The notes under the pieces were generated by a model, which made no database searches, was not told the DNA's origin, and worked only from the letters and a program-made list of their open reading frames with translations. Of a DNA stretch of 48,733 bases, positions 38,017-46,315 are shown piece by piece (the stretch's first letter is position 1; the number at the start of each line of letters is the position of its first letter). The DNA comes from Clostridiales bacterium (GTDB lineage Bacteria; Bacillota; Clostridia; Oscillospirales; QAMX01), in the NCBI GenBank assembly GCA_012800055.1, contig JAAZKA010000021.1, positions 1-48,733 on the forward strand, read 5' to 3'. Both the position numbers and the translations under genes were made by a program.

Positions 38017-38045
38017 TTGCAATGAAACGGGAAATATGATAAAAT
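38017..38045 (+). promoter_or_regulatory. Promoter of the three-paralogue operon
   Basis: TTGCAA (38017-38022), exact 17-nt spacer, TAAAAT (38040-38045), with TGa extended -10. Confidence 0.55.
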
Positions 38046-38128
38046 ATGAAACAGACAAAACGGTTCTGCTTGTATAATAATGCGGAAAATCTTCCAAGTA
38101 CGCGAATCCTTTGCGCAGGAGGTTGTTT

Positions 38129-40387
38129 ATGAGTATCCCAAAGGGAAAAACCAGCTTTTTCGGCCGCTTTGACAATCCCGAAAAATTCCGCCTGATTCCT
38201 CAGGCCGGCATCCGTATCCGCATCGATCCCGCCGGTACCGGCTACCCGAGCTGCTGGGACATGAATGTCTCGCAGGAAACCGGCGTGCTGTACTTCTCAC
38301 CTTGCGACGAGACCGGACGCGGCGCACATACCCGGTTGTGCTGCTACGACTACGACTCCGATACTTCGAAGGTCTGCACGGAGCTGGAGCGCTACACACT
38401 CCCGCGTGAGCGCCATATGCCGCACTCCAAGCTCCACGAGAGCATCACCTGCCTTCCGAACGGCCACATCATCGCCTCTACCCACTCCACCGACCGCGGC
38501 AAGTTCCAGCCCGAGTGGATGCCGTTTGCTCACGTCGACCACGTCTGGGACGGCTTCCCCGGCTCCTATGTCATCGACTACGACCCCGCCACCGGAATCA
38601 CCCGCAACCTCGGGATGCCCGTCCCGCGTGAGAGCATCTACGGTATGACCTACGACGCCAGGCACAACTGTTTGTACATGATCGGCTTCATGCGCGGACA
38701 TGTTTACCGCTTCAGCTTGGACGACAGGAGCGTAAAGGATCTGGGCAAGGCGGCGGAAGTCTTCTGCTACCGGCTCCACCGCGGCCCCGACGGTCATATC
38801 TACGGTATGACCAAGTCCGGGTTTCTCTGGCGCGCGAACGTCGATACGCAGCAGCTTGAGGATATGGGCTGGCGGCTTCCGGCGCAGGAGCATAACTATA
38901 CCAACAACACCTGGTACCGCTACCTCTCCCAGGCACAGAACGTCTCCGACCATGAGTTCGTTTTTACCTCCGACTGCCACAACAACTTCTACCTCTTTGA
39001 TACGAACACCTGCAAGGTGCGCGACTTGGGCCGCTGCCACGACTTCGACTTCGAGAGCGACTTCAACACCGCGAGTTACGGTATGAACGAGCTGGAGGTC
39101 GATCAATATGGCGTGCTGTGGTATTATGTCGCGCCGCAGACCGCCGGCCCGCAGTACGATGACTTCTATAAATACCCGCGCTCGCTGGTGATGATGCGCT
39201 GGGACTATCGTGCAGGGAAGAAGCCCGAGGTCATGGGTCTGATCGGTACGCAGGAGGAAGCGCTCGTGCGCATCACCTGCATCTCGCTCGACCGTCCGCG
39301 TGACCGGCTCTATTTCATCGGGGAACTGCGTGAGGTCAAGGGTGACCGTGCCGACCGTCCGAACAAGTCGCGGCAGGGCATCTTCATGATCGACCTGGCT
39401 CAGATGAGAAACCTTCCCGCGCCGGGGCCGCTGTGGGAGCGCGACATGAGCATCTTCCCGTTCTCCGACGACGAGAAGAAGGCTGCGCTCGAACGTGCGG
39501 AGAAGTACAACTCTTACGCCGGTGAGGAAGTCGCGGGGGAGAATCCCGTGACGGCATTCCCGATCTCGAAGGTCACGCCGATCCGCCTGTGGCGCGCGCT
39601 TGCCGGCGGTCGCGTCGAGGATGCAGAGGCCAACGGCATCGCCTGGGACGGTGAGAAGCTCTGCGGTGTATCGGGCGAAAACGGTGAGCGGAAGTATTAC
39701 TTCGAGCTGTCCCCGCGCGGCTCGCTGGTTTTCCCGTCCGGGAAGGAAGCCGATCGCGACGAGACCGTCTGGGTCTGGCGCTCGATCCTGCAAAAAAGCA
39801 TCATCGAGAAGTCAACCGACGCGGGCTATGAGGTTTACCCGCCGACATCGTTCGCGTATGAGCTGACGAAGTTCATACCGTACACCGAGATCCCCGTCGG
39901 ACGCGAGAAGTGGCTCGACGCGAACCTGTACCCGAAAGCGTACGATGTGGATGAGAACCTGAAGCTGCCGGAGGTTGCCGGCCGCCGTTATCTCGCGAAA
40001 GCATCCGCTTGCATCGACTTCTCCGACAACCGTCAGATCATCGGCACAAAGGACGGACTGCTGTGCATCGCGAAGTACGGCAATGTGTTCAACCTCGGCA
40101 ACGCGGCGCCGCTCGGCCCGGTGCGCTGCCTGTGCACGAACGCCGACGGCACCGTCCTCTACGGCACCGCGGGCGACATCGAGGATATGGGCACGGTCTT
40201 CACCTATGACGATCGCAGCGGCCTGCGGCAGCTCGGCGTCATCAGTTACAACTCCCACGGCTGGATGGACGGCCCGACCGCCGCGCATGTGCTCACCTGC
40301 TGTGCGCTCAGCCCGGATGGGAAGTACCTCGCCGTCGGCAACGCCGATCGCCTCGGTTGCGTCCATCTGTTCCGGATCGAAGATTAA
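38129..40387 (+). CDS. Uncharacterised 752-aa leaderless beta-propeller-like protein, paralogue 1 of 3
   Basis: AGGAGG ribosome-binding site 6 nt upstream. The protein aligns over its full length with the next two ORFs. Conserved blocks include RHMPHSKLHESIT, THSTDRGKFQPEWMPFAHVDHVWDGFPGSY, PRESIYGMTYD, LYMIGFMRGHVYRFSLDD and ALSPDGKYLAVGNADRLGCVHLFRI. Confidence 0.85.
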   Translation: MSIPKGKTSFFGRFDNPEKFRLIPQAGIRIRIDPAGTGYPSCWDMNVSQETGVLYFSPCDETGRGAHTRLCCYDYDSDTSKVCTELERYTLPRERHMPHSKLHESITCLPNGHIIASTHSTDRGKFQPEWMPFAHVDHVWDGFPGSYVIDYDPATGITRNLGMPVPRESIYGMTYDARHNCLYMIGFMRGHVYRFSLDDRSVKDLGKAAEVFCYRLHRGPDGHIYGMTKSGFLWRANVDTQQLEDMGWRLPAQEHNYTNNTWYRYLSQAQNVSDHEFVFTSDCHNNFYLFDTNTCKVRDLGRCHDFDFESDFNTASYGMNELEVDQYGVLWYYVAPQTAGPQYDDFYKYPRSLVMMRWDYRAGKKPEVMGLIGTQEEALVRITCISLDRPRDRLYFIGELREVKGDRADRPNKSRQGIFMIDLAQMRNLPAPGPLWERDMSIFPFSDDEKKAALERAEKYNSYAGEEVAGENPVTAFPISKVTPIRLWRALAGGRVEDAEANGIAWDGEKLCGVSGENGERKYYFELSPRGSLVFPSGKEADRDETVWVWRSILQKSIIEKSTDAGYEVYPPTSFAYELTKFIPYTEIPVGREKWLDANLYPKAYDVDENLKLPEVAGRRYLAKASACIDFSDNRQIIGTKDGLLCIAKYGNVFNLGNAAPLGPVRCLCTNADGTVLYGTAGDIEDMGTVFTYDDRSGLRQLGVISYNSHGWMDGPTAAHVLTCCALSPDGKYLAVGNADRLGCVHLFRIED
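39905..40375 (+). repeat. Near-identical coding tract, copy A (3' end of paralogue 1)
   Basis: Aligns without indels to 42291-42761 at an offset of 2386 nt. For 39965-40375 against 42351-42761, my hand count gives about 30 mismatches in 411 nt. Confidence 0.85.
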
Positions 40388-40511
40388 GATATCGGGGTAT
40401 CCGTTCCCATACGTCATCAACCGCACCGTCTGTTTTTCCGACATCCCCGAAGGAAGCTATGAGATAAAGGTATCCCGCCCTATACCACAATAAAAGAGGA
40501 GGATCAAACAC

Positions 40512-42767
40512 ATGAGTATCCCGAAATGTACGAAAAGCTGGTTCGGGCGTTATGACGACCCGGAGAAGCTGCGCCTGATCCCGCAGGAAGGCGTCCGTAT
40601 CCGCGTGAACGCAGGAGGTACCGGCTACCCGAGCTGCTGGGACATGAACGTCTCACCCTACGACGGCGATCTCTACTACGCGCCGTGCGACGAGACCGGA
40701 CGCGGCGCGCATACCCGGCTCGTACGCTACAACTGGGAAAGCGACTCTGCGCGCGTGGTCGTGAAGGCTGAGGAGCTTGTGCTTCCGCGTGAGCGCCATA
40801 TGCCGCACTCCAAGTTCCATGAGAGCATTACCTTCCTCCCCAACGGCCATGTCGTCATGTCCACCCACTCCACCGACCGCGGCAAGTTCCAGCCCGAGTG
40901 GATGCCGTTTGCCCACGTCGACCACGTCTGGGACGGCTTCCCCGGCTCCTATGTCATCGAGTACGATCCCGTCACCGGTCGCTCGTGGAACCACGGCATG
41001 CCCGCCCCGCGTGAGAGCATCTACGGCATGACCTATGACCCGAAGTACAACGCGCTCTATATGATCGGTTTCATGCGCGGACATGTCTACCGGCTGAGCC
41101 TCGACGACAAGAGCGTGAAGGACCTGGGCAAGGCTGCGGAGGTCTTCTGCTACCGGCTCCACTGCGCCCCTGACGGCCATATCTACGGCATGACAAAGAC
41201 CGGCTTCCTCTGGCGCGTTAACGTCGATACGCAGCAGCTTGAGGACCTCAACTGGCGGCTCCCGGCGACCCGCTGGAGCTATGTCGCCGATACCTGGTAC
41301 CGCTACATGGCGCAGGCGCACAACGTTTCCGACCATGAGTTCGTCTTCTGCGGCTGCTCACAGGATAACTTCTACCTCTACGACTGCAGTACCGGCAAGG
41401 TGCGCGATCTGGGACCGAAGATGCCGTGCGAGTTTGAGAACGACATCGAGATGGCCAACTTCTCAAACAACGAGTTCGGTGTCGACCGTGACGGCGTGCT
41501 GTGGTATACGCAGAAACCCGAACGCTACCACAATCCGTCGGACGAATACTATAAAATTCCGCGGGTGCTGCTGCTGTGCCGGTTCGACTATAAGAACGGC
41601 AAGCCCGCCGAAGTCGTCGGCATCCTCGGAACGCAGGATCAGGCGCTGGTACAGGAGACCTGCTCGTGCCTGGACGCCGCGCGCGACCGCTTCTTCATCA
41701 TCGGGCAGATTCTCAAGTTTGGGAAGCCGGATGCCCAGAGTGAGCAGGGTCTGTTTATGCTTGACCTGACGAAGACCCGCGAAGCACTCAAGAAGGGACG
41801 CGGCCCCGTCTGGGTACGCGATCTGAAGTCCGAGATCGTTCCGATGAACGAGACCGAGGTCGCCGCCGCGAAGAAGAAGGCTCTCAACTATAACAAGTAC
41901 GCCGGTGAGGAAGTCGCTGAGAAGAACCCCGTCACCGCGTTCCCGATCAGCGATGTCATCCCGATACGGCTGTGGCGTCAGCTCGCGGGCGGACATATCG
42001 AAGACTCCAAGGTCTCCGGCATCGCGTGGGACGACCTCGGAAATCTGCACGGTGTCTGCGGCGAGAACGGCGAGCGGAAGTATTACTTCAAGATATCTCC
42101 CGCGTCCGATATGCTCTTTCGGGACAAAGCGGAGGCCGACAACTGCGAGACCGTCTGGATGTACCGGATGATCCGCAAGTTCGATCTGTCAGAGCGTCAG
42201 ACCGAACAGGGATATGCCGTCACCCCGCCGGACGCGTTCTCCTATAAGGTCGAGACGTTTATCCCGTACGAGAAGATCACCGTCGGGCAGGAGAAGTGGC
42301 TCAACGCGAACCTGTTCCCGAAAGCGTACGATGTGGACAAAGACCTGACGCTGCCGGAGATCGCCGGACGCCGCTACCTTGCGAAAGCGTCCGCCTGCAT
42401 CGACTTCTCCGACAACCGTCAGATCATCGGCACGAAGGACGGACTGCTGTGCATCGCGAAGTACGGCAATATCTTCAACCTCGGCAACGCCGCGCCGCTC
42501 GGCCCGGTGCGCTGCCTGTGCACGAACGCCGACGGCACCGTCCTCTACGGCACCGCAGGCGATGAAGAGGATATGGGCACCGTCTTCACCTATGACGATC
42601 GCAGCGGTCTGCGGCAGCTCGGCGTCATCAGCTACAACTCGCACGGCTGGATGGACGGCCCGACCGCCGCACATATACTCACCTGCTGCGCGCTCAGCCC
42701 GGATGGCAAGTACCTTGCCGTCGGCAACGCCGACCGCCTCGGCTGCGTGCATCTGTTCCGGCTGTAA
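40512..42767 (+). CDS. Uncharacterised 751-aa leaderless beta-propeller-like protein, paralogue 2 of 3
   Basis: GAGGAGG ribosome-binding site. Same blocks and architecture as paralogue 1. The last 140 aa or so are almost identical to paralogue 1. Confidence 0.85.
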   Translation: MSIPKCTKSWFGRYDDPEKLRLIPQEGVRIRVNAGGTGYPSCWDMNVSPYDGDLYYAPCDETGRGAHTRLVRYNWESDSARVVVKAEELVLPRERHMPHSKFHESITFLPNGHVVMSTHSTDRGKFQPEWMPFAHVDHVWDGFPGSYVIEYDPVTGRSWNHGMPAPRESIYGMTYDPKYNALYMIGFMRGHVYRLSLDDKSVKDLGKAAEVFCYRLHCAPDGHIYGMTKTGFLWRVNVDTQQLEDLNWRLPATRWSYVADTWYRYMAQAHNVSDHEFVFCGCSQDNFYLYDCSTGKVRDLGPKMPCEFENDIEMANFSNNEFGVDRDGVLWYTQKPERYHNPSDEYYKIPRVLLLCRFDYKNGKPAEVVGILGTQDQALVQETCSCLDAARDRFFIIGQILKFGKPDAQSEQGLFMLDLTKTREALKKGRGPVWVRDLKSEIVPMNETEVAAAKKKALNYNKYAGEEVAEKNPVTAFPISDVIPIRLWRQLAGGHIEDSKVSGIAWDDLGNLHGVCGENGERKYYFKISPASDMLFRDKAEADNCETVWMYRMIRKFDLSERQTEQGYAVTPPDAFSYKVETFIPYEKITVGQEKWLNANLFPKAYDVDKDLTLPEIAGRRYLAKASACIDFSDNRQIIGTKDGLLCIAKYGNIFNLGNAAPLGPVRCLCTNADGTVLYGTAGDEEDMGTVFTYDDRSGLRQLGVISYNSHGWMDGPTAAHILTCCALSPDGKYLAVGNADRLGCVHLFRL
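42291..42761 (+). repeat. Near-identical coding tract, copy B (3' end of paralogue 2)
   Basis: Counterpart of 39905-40375; see copy A. Confidence 0.85.
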
Positions 42768-42799
42768 GCCTTACATAAACAAGATAAGGAGTGACATAT

Positions 42800-45091
42800 A
42801 TGGCCCCGAACCGCACTTTCGCGTTTGATTATTCCGGTGCGATCCCCGAGGAAGCATACCGCAACATCGCCGACGTCGGCGTACGCTACTCCCGCTTCAA
42901 CGTGGGTCTGGACGTCCGCGGCACCTGGGACGTCAACATCTCCCCGGACGGCATCGTCTATACGGCTCCCGCCTGCGAAGGCACCAAGGAGCAGCAGACC
43001 TCCCTGCTCGCCTATGACTTCGATCAGGACAAGAGTTACATCTGCTACAACTCCGAGAAGTACACGCTCGCGAAGCCCCGCGCGCTGCCGCATACCAAGC
43101 TCCACGAGAGCATCACCTTCATCCCCGAGAACGCGCCGTCCTTTGGAGGATGGGTCTTCGCGACCACCCACTCCACTTCCAAGGCCGAAAGTCATCCCGA
43201 GTGGATGCCGTTTGCGCATATGCACCACGCGCATGAAGGTTTCCCCGGCTCCTACATCCTCGCCTACAATCCCAAGACACAGGAGACCGTCAACCTCGGT
43301 ATCCCTGTCCCGCGTGAGAGCATCTACGGCGCAACCTACGACGTTAAGCACCACTGCCTGTACATGATCGGCTTCATGCGCTCCCATGTCTACCGCTTCT
43401 CCATCGACGAGCGCACCGTCATCGATCTGGGCAAGGCAGCGGAGGTCTTCTGCTACCGGCTCCACCGCGCCCCCGACGGAAACATCTACGGCATGTCCAA
43501 GTCCGGCTATCTCTGGCGCGTCAATGTCGACAAGGTCGTGCTCGAGGACATGAACTGGCGGCATCCTGCGTACTACAACAACTCCTTCAACAACTCCTGG
43601 TACCGCTACATGGCCCACGCACAGAACATCTCCGACCATGAGTTTGTCTTCACCTCCTACACCTCCGACGATTTCTATGTCTTCGATACCAACACCCTCA
43701 AGGTGCGTTCTATCGGCCGCAAGTTCACCCACGACGACCACAACAACATCCGCCATACCGAGTTCTGTCTCAACGAGCTGGCCGTCGACAAGTACGGCGC
43801 GCTGTGGTATCAGATCATGCCGGTCGTTCTCGGCACCCCCGCGCCCGAGGACTACCGCAAGTACACCATCCCGTCCTACCTGATGTATTGGGACATCCGC
43901 CGCAATAAGAAGCCCGTCAATCTCGGCTACGTTTCAAACAATGTCGACGCGATGCCCTATTCGACCGGCGTCTGCTATGACCCGACACGCGATATCCTCC
44001 ACCTCGTCGGCGGCATGCAGAAGAACAACGGCGCCGACCGCGTGCTCGGCGTTGTGAGCATTGAGCTTGCGAAGTTCCGCCCGGAGATGCTCAAAAAGGG
44101 CGCGCTCTCCAACGACCCGAACTTCAAGGCTGTGCCCTTCACGCCCGAGCAGATTGCCGAGGCGAAGAAGAACTACAAGCCCGGCTTTAAGAAGTATTCC
44201 GGCGAGGAGATCTCCGGCAATAACCCCTTCCAGGCGTTCCCGGAGGACAAGATCACGCCTATCCGTGTCTGGCGCGCGGTGCCGTACACCGATATCCCGG
44301 CGTCAAAAATCATCGGACTGGCGTGGGATGACGCAGGTGTGTTGCACGGTGTCTGCGGAGACAACGGTCAGCCTCAGTATTACTTCACCGTCGAGGAGAA
44401 CCTCTTTGAGGTACTCGGCAAGACGCTCGACGAGGCCGACATGAACCCGACCGCGTGGGTCTACAAGAGTATCCTCCCGCTGAACATCGAGCGGCGCGGG
44501 GACTACTACGGCGCGGTGCCGCCGAAGTCGTTCGCGTACAAGCTCAAGACGATTGTACCATATGCAGAGGTGAGTGCCGAGCGGAAAGCATGGCTCGACG
44601 AGAACCTGCTGCCCGGTAAGAACCGGAGTGCGGTAAAGCTCCCCGAGGGCGTCAAGCTGCCCGAGGTCGCCGGACGCCGGTACCTTTCCAATCCCACCTG
44701 CGTGGTTGAGTGGCAGGACGGCAGCTGGATTGCCGGGACGCAGGACGGTCTGCTCGGCATCGTCCGCGCGGACGGCAGCGTCTACGCACTGGGCAACTGT
44801 GCGCCATACGGACCGGTGCGCTGCATGGTCACCAATGCCGATCGTACGAAGGTCTGGGGCGTCGCCGGCGACGTCGAGGATATGGGTATGGTCTTCAGCT
44901 TCGACGACGAGCACGGCGTCATTCAGATCGGCCATCTCAACTACAACAGCCCGAACTATATGGACGGCCCTTCGGCCGCGAACGTCCTGTCGAGCATCGC
45001 GCTGTCCAAGGACGGCAAGACGCTCGCCATCGGCGGCATAGACCGCATCGGCAGCGTCCACATCGGCAACATCGCGGATACAAGACTGTAA
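42800..45091 (+). CDS. Uncharacterised 763-aa leaderless beta-propeller-like protein, paralogue 3 of 3 (most divergent)
   Basis: AAGGAG ribosome-binding site 8 nt upstream of the ATG at 42800. It retains LPHTKLHESITF, THSTSKAESHPEWMPFAHMHHAHEGFPGSY, PRESIYGATYD, LYMIGFMRSHVYRFSIDE and ALSKDGKTLAIGGIDRIGSVHIGNI. Confidence 0.85.
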   Translation: MAPNRTFAFDYSGAIPEEAYRNIADVGVRYSRFNVGLDVRGTWDVNISPDGIVYTAPACEGTKEQQTSLLAYDFDQDKSYICYNSEKYTLAKPRALPHTKLHESITFIPENAPSFGGWVFATTHSTSKAESHPEWMPFAHMHHAHEGFPGSYILAYNPKTQETVNLGIPVPRESIYGATYDVKHHCLYMIGFMRSHVYRFSIDERTVIDLGKAAEVFCYRLHRAPDGNIYGMSKSGYLWRVNVDKVVLEDMNWRHPAYYNNSFNNSWYRYMAHAQNISDHEFVFTSYTSDDFYVFDTNTLKVRSIGRKFTHDDHNNIRHTEFCLNELAVDKYGALWYQIMPVVLGTPAPEDYRKYTIPSYLMYWDIRRNKKPVNLGYVSNNVDAMPYSTGVCYDPTRDILHLVGGMQKNNGADRVLGVVSIELAKFRPEMLKKGALSNDPNFKAVPFTPEQIAEAKKNYKPGFKKYSGEEISGNNPFQAFPEDKITPIRVWRAVPYTDIPASKIIGLAWDDAGVLHGVCGDNGQPQYYFTVEENLFEVLGKTLDEADMNPTAWVYKSILPLNIERRGDYYGAVPPKSFAYKLKTIVPYAEVSAERKAWLDENLLPGKNRSAVKLPEGVKLPEVAGRRYLSNPTCVVEWQDGSWIAGTQDGLLGIVRADGSVYALGNCAPYGPVRCMVTNADRTKVWGVAGDVEDMGMVFSFDDEHGVIQIGHLNYNSPNYMDGPSAANVLSSIALSKDGKTLAIGGIDRIGSVHIGNIADTRL

Positions 45092-45106
45092 GCCACTGAT
45101 TTCCAA

Positions 45107-45137
45107 AAACGCGCGCGTCTTCGGATGCGCGCGTTTA
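45107..45137 (+). terminator. Terminator of the three-paralogue operon
   Basis: GC-rich stem AACGCGCGC / GCGCGCGTT (45108-45116 and 45127-45135) followed by TTTATATA. Confidence 0.6.
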
Positions 45138-45210
45138 TATAACCGGATTTGATGACAAAATGCATACAATAGTTACAAAAGAGTAACAATATCTTTGTTG
45201 GTTATACAGA

Positions 45211-45239
45211 TAGACAACATGCGCGGGAAATGGTATACT
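45211..45239 (+). promoter_or_regulatory. Candidate promoter for the yabE-like/rsmA pair
   Basis: TAGACA, 17-nt spacer, TATACT, with TGg extended -10. Confidence 0.4.
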
Positions 45240-45337
45240 AAGCGTGTAAAAATGAATCGGCTTTCACATCCGAAGCCGGTTCGCACTGTCCTCAGGGCGG
45301 CGGTTTTCCGCAATCCTGACCGATGAGAGGTATACAT

Positions 45338-46315
45338 ATGAAATTGAACCCATACGACCGCGCGCCGCACAGCCGGGTCACGGGTATTCTGCTGCTTTTG
45401 GGTTTCACCGGTCTGCTGTACGCACTGATGATGCCGTACGCACTGCCCGCGCCGGTTGAGCTGCCGACGCGTCATTATGTCTTCAGCACCGGGCTGTCCG
45501 GCTCACGCAAGCAGATCATTGACACCGGCGGCGCATATTCGCTGACCATCACCGACGCCGATCAGACCGTCTATATGACCTTCCCTGCCGGAACCGTCGC
45601 CGACGCGCTCGAACGTGCCGGGATCACCGTCCATGAGTACGACACCGTAGAGCCGTCCCTGGATACCGCGCTCACCGAGGGTCAGGGAATCATCGTTACA
45701 CGCATCGAACCCTCCCGCGAAACGTTCTACTCCGACATCCCTTATGAGACTGTCACCGTCGAGAACGAATGGCTGGTCTCCGGCGCGACGAATACGCTGC
45801 AGGAGGGCGTTACGGGCATCCGGCGGGAGGTCTACGACATCGTACGCTACAACGGCGAGGTGCGTGAGCGGACGCTTGTCGAAAGTGTTGTCGAAAAAGA
45901 ACCGACCGAGGAAATCGTTGAGGCCGGCGTCTTCGTGCCGCCCGTCGTCGACGCCGAGAACAAGACCCTGACGCTCTGGGACGGCACCGTCGTCGACTAC
46001 CGGTATTACATAGACGTCGAGGCGACGGCGTACACCTGCGAGGGACAGGAGTGGAACATCACCAAGACCGGTACCATCGCACGCGTCGGAGAGATCGCGG
46101 TCGACCCGCGCTACATCCCGCTCAATTCGAAGCTCTATGTTGTCGCACGCGACGGCACCTGGGTCTACGGACTGTGCAAGGCCGAGGATACCGGCGGCTT
46201 GATCAAGGGCTACCGCATAGACCTCTACTACGACACAGAACACGAATGCTGGCAGTTCGGACGCCGCAATGCGCGCGTCTATGTGCTCCCGGACGACTAC
46301 GTGATCGACAATTGA
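45338..46315 (+). CDS. YabE-like cell-wall protein (N-terminal transmembrane anchor, DUF348-like, G5 and 3D domains)
   Basis: Transmembrane anchor ILLLLGFTGLLYALMM. G5-like segment TVENEWLVSGATNTLQEGVTGIRREVYDIVRYNGEV..EEIVEAG. 3D-domain end ATAYTCEG...GEIAVDPRYIPLNSKLYV...AEDTGGLIKGYRIDLYYD. The ATG at 45338 follows GAGAGG. Confidence 0.85.
   Translation: MKLNPYDRAPHSRVTGILLLLGFTGLLYALMMPYALPAPVELPTRHYVFSTGLSGSRKQIIDTGGAYSLTITDADQTVYMTFPAGTVADALERAGITVHEYDTVEPSLDTALTEGQGIIVTRIEPSRETFYSDIPYETVTVENEWLVSGATNTLQEGVTGIRREVYDIVRYNGEVRERTLVESVVEKEPTEEIVEAGVFVPPVVDAENKTLTLWDGTVVDYRYYIDVEATAYTCEGQEWNITKTGTIARVGEIAVDPRYIPLNSKLYVVARDGTWVYGLCKAEDTGGLIKGYRIDLYYDTEHECWQFGRRNARVYVLPDDYVIDN

Noticed and set aside
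39905-42761. The idea that the two near-identical 3' tracts are a diversity-generating retroelement template/variable repeat pair.
   Set aside because: The mismatches are not adenine-specific; they include C/T, G/A, G/C and others, mostly at synonymous third positions. Both copies are in-frame parts of full-length paralogues. No reverse transcriptase or accessory gene is present in the window.
45240-45337. A possible c-di-AMP (ydaO-type) riboswitch in the 5' UTR of the cell-wall 3D-domain gene. The UTR contains TGAATC and CCGAAGCC and a hairpin CGGCTT...AAGCCG.
   Set aside because: The leader is only about 95 nt long. It lacks the hallmark GGGGACCCA-type core and the pseudo-two-fold architecture of ydaO RNAs. 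The similarity is limited to short strings.
46051-46311. An upstream extension of the rsmA ORF (the track lists 46051-47148, 365 aa).
   Set aside because: The extra 87 codons overlap the conserved 3D domain of the upstream gene in another frame and translate to an R/H-rich string. RsmA homologues are about 280 aa long.
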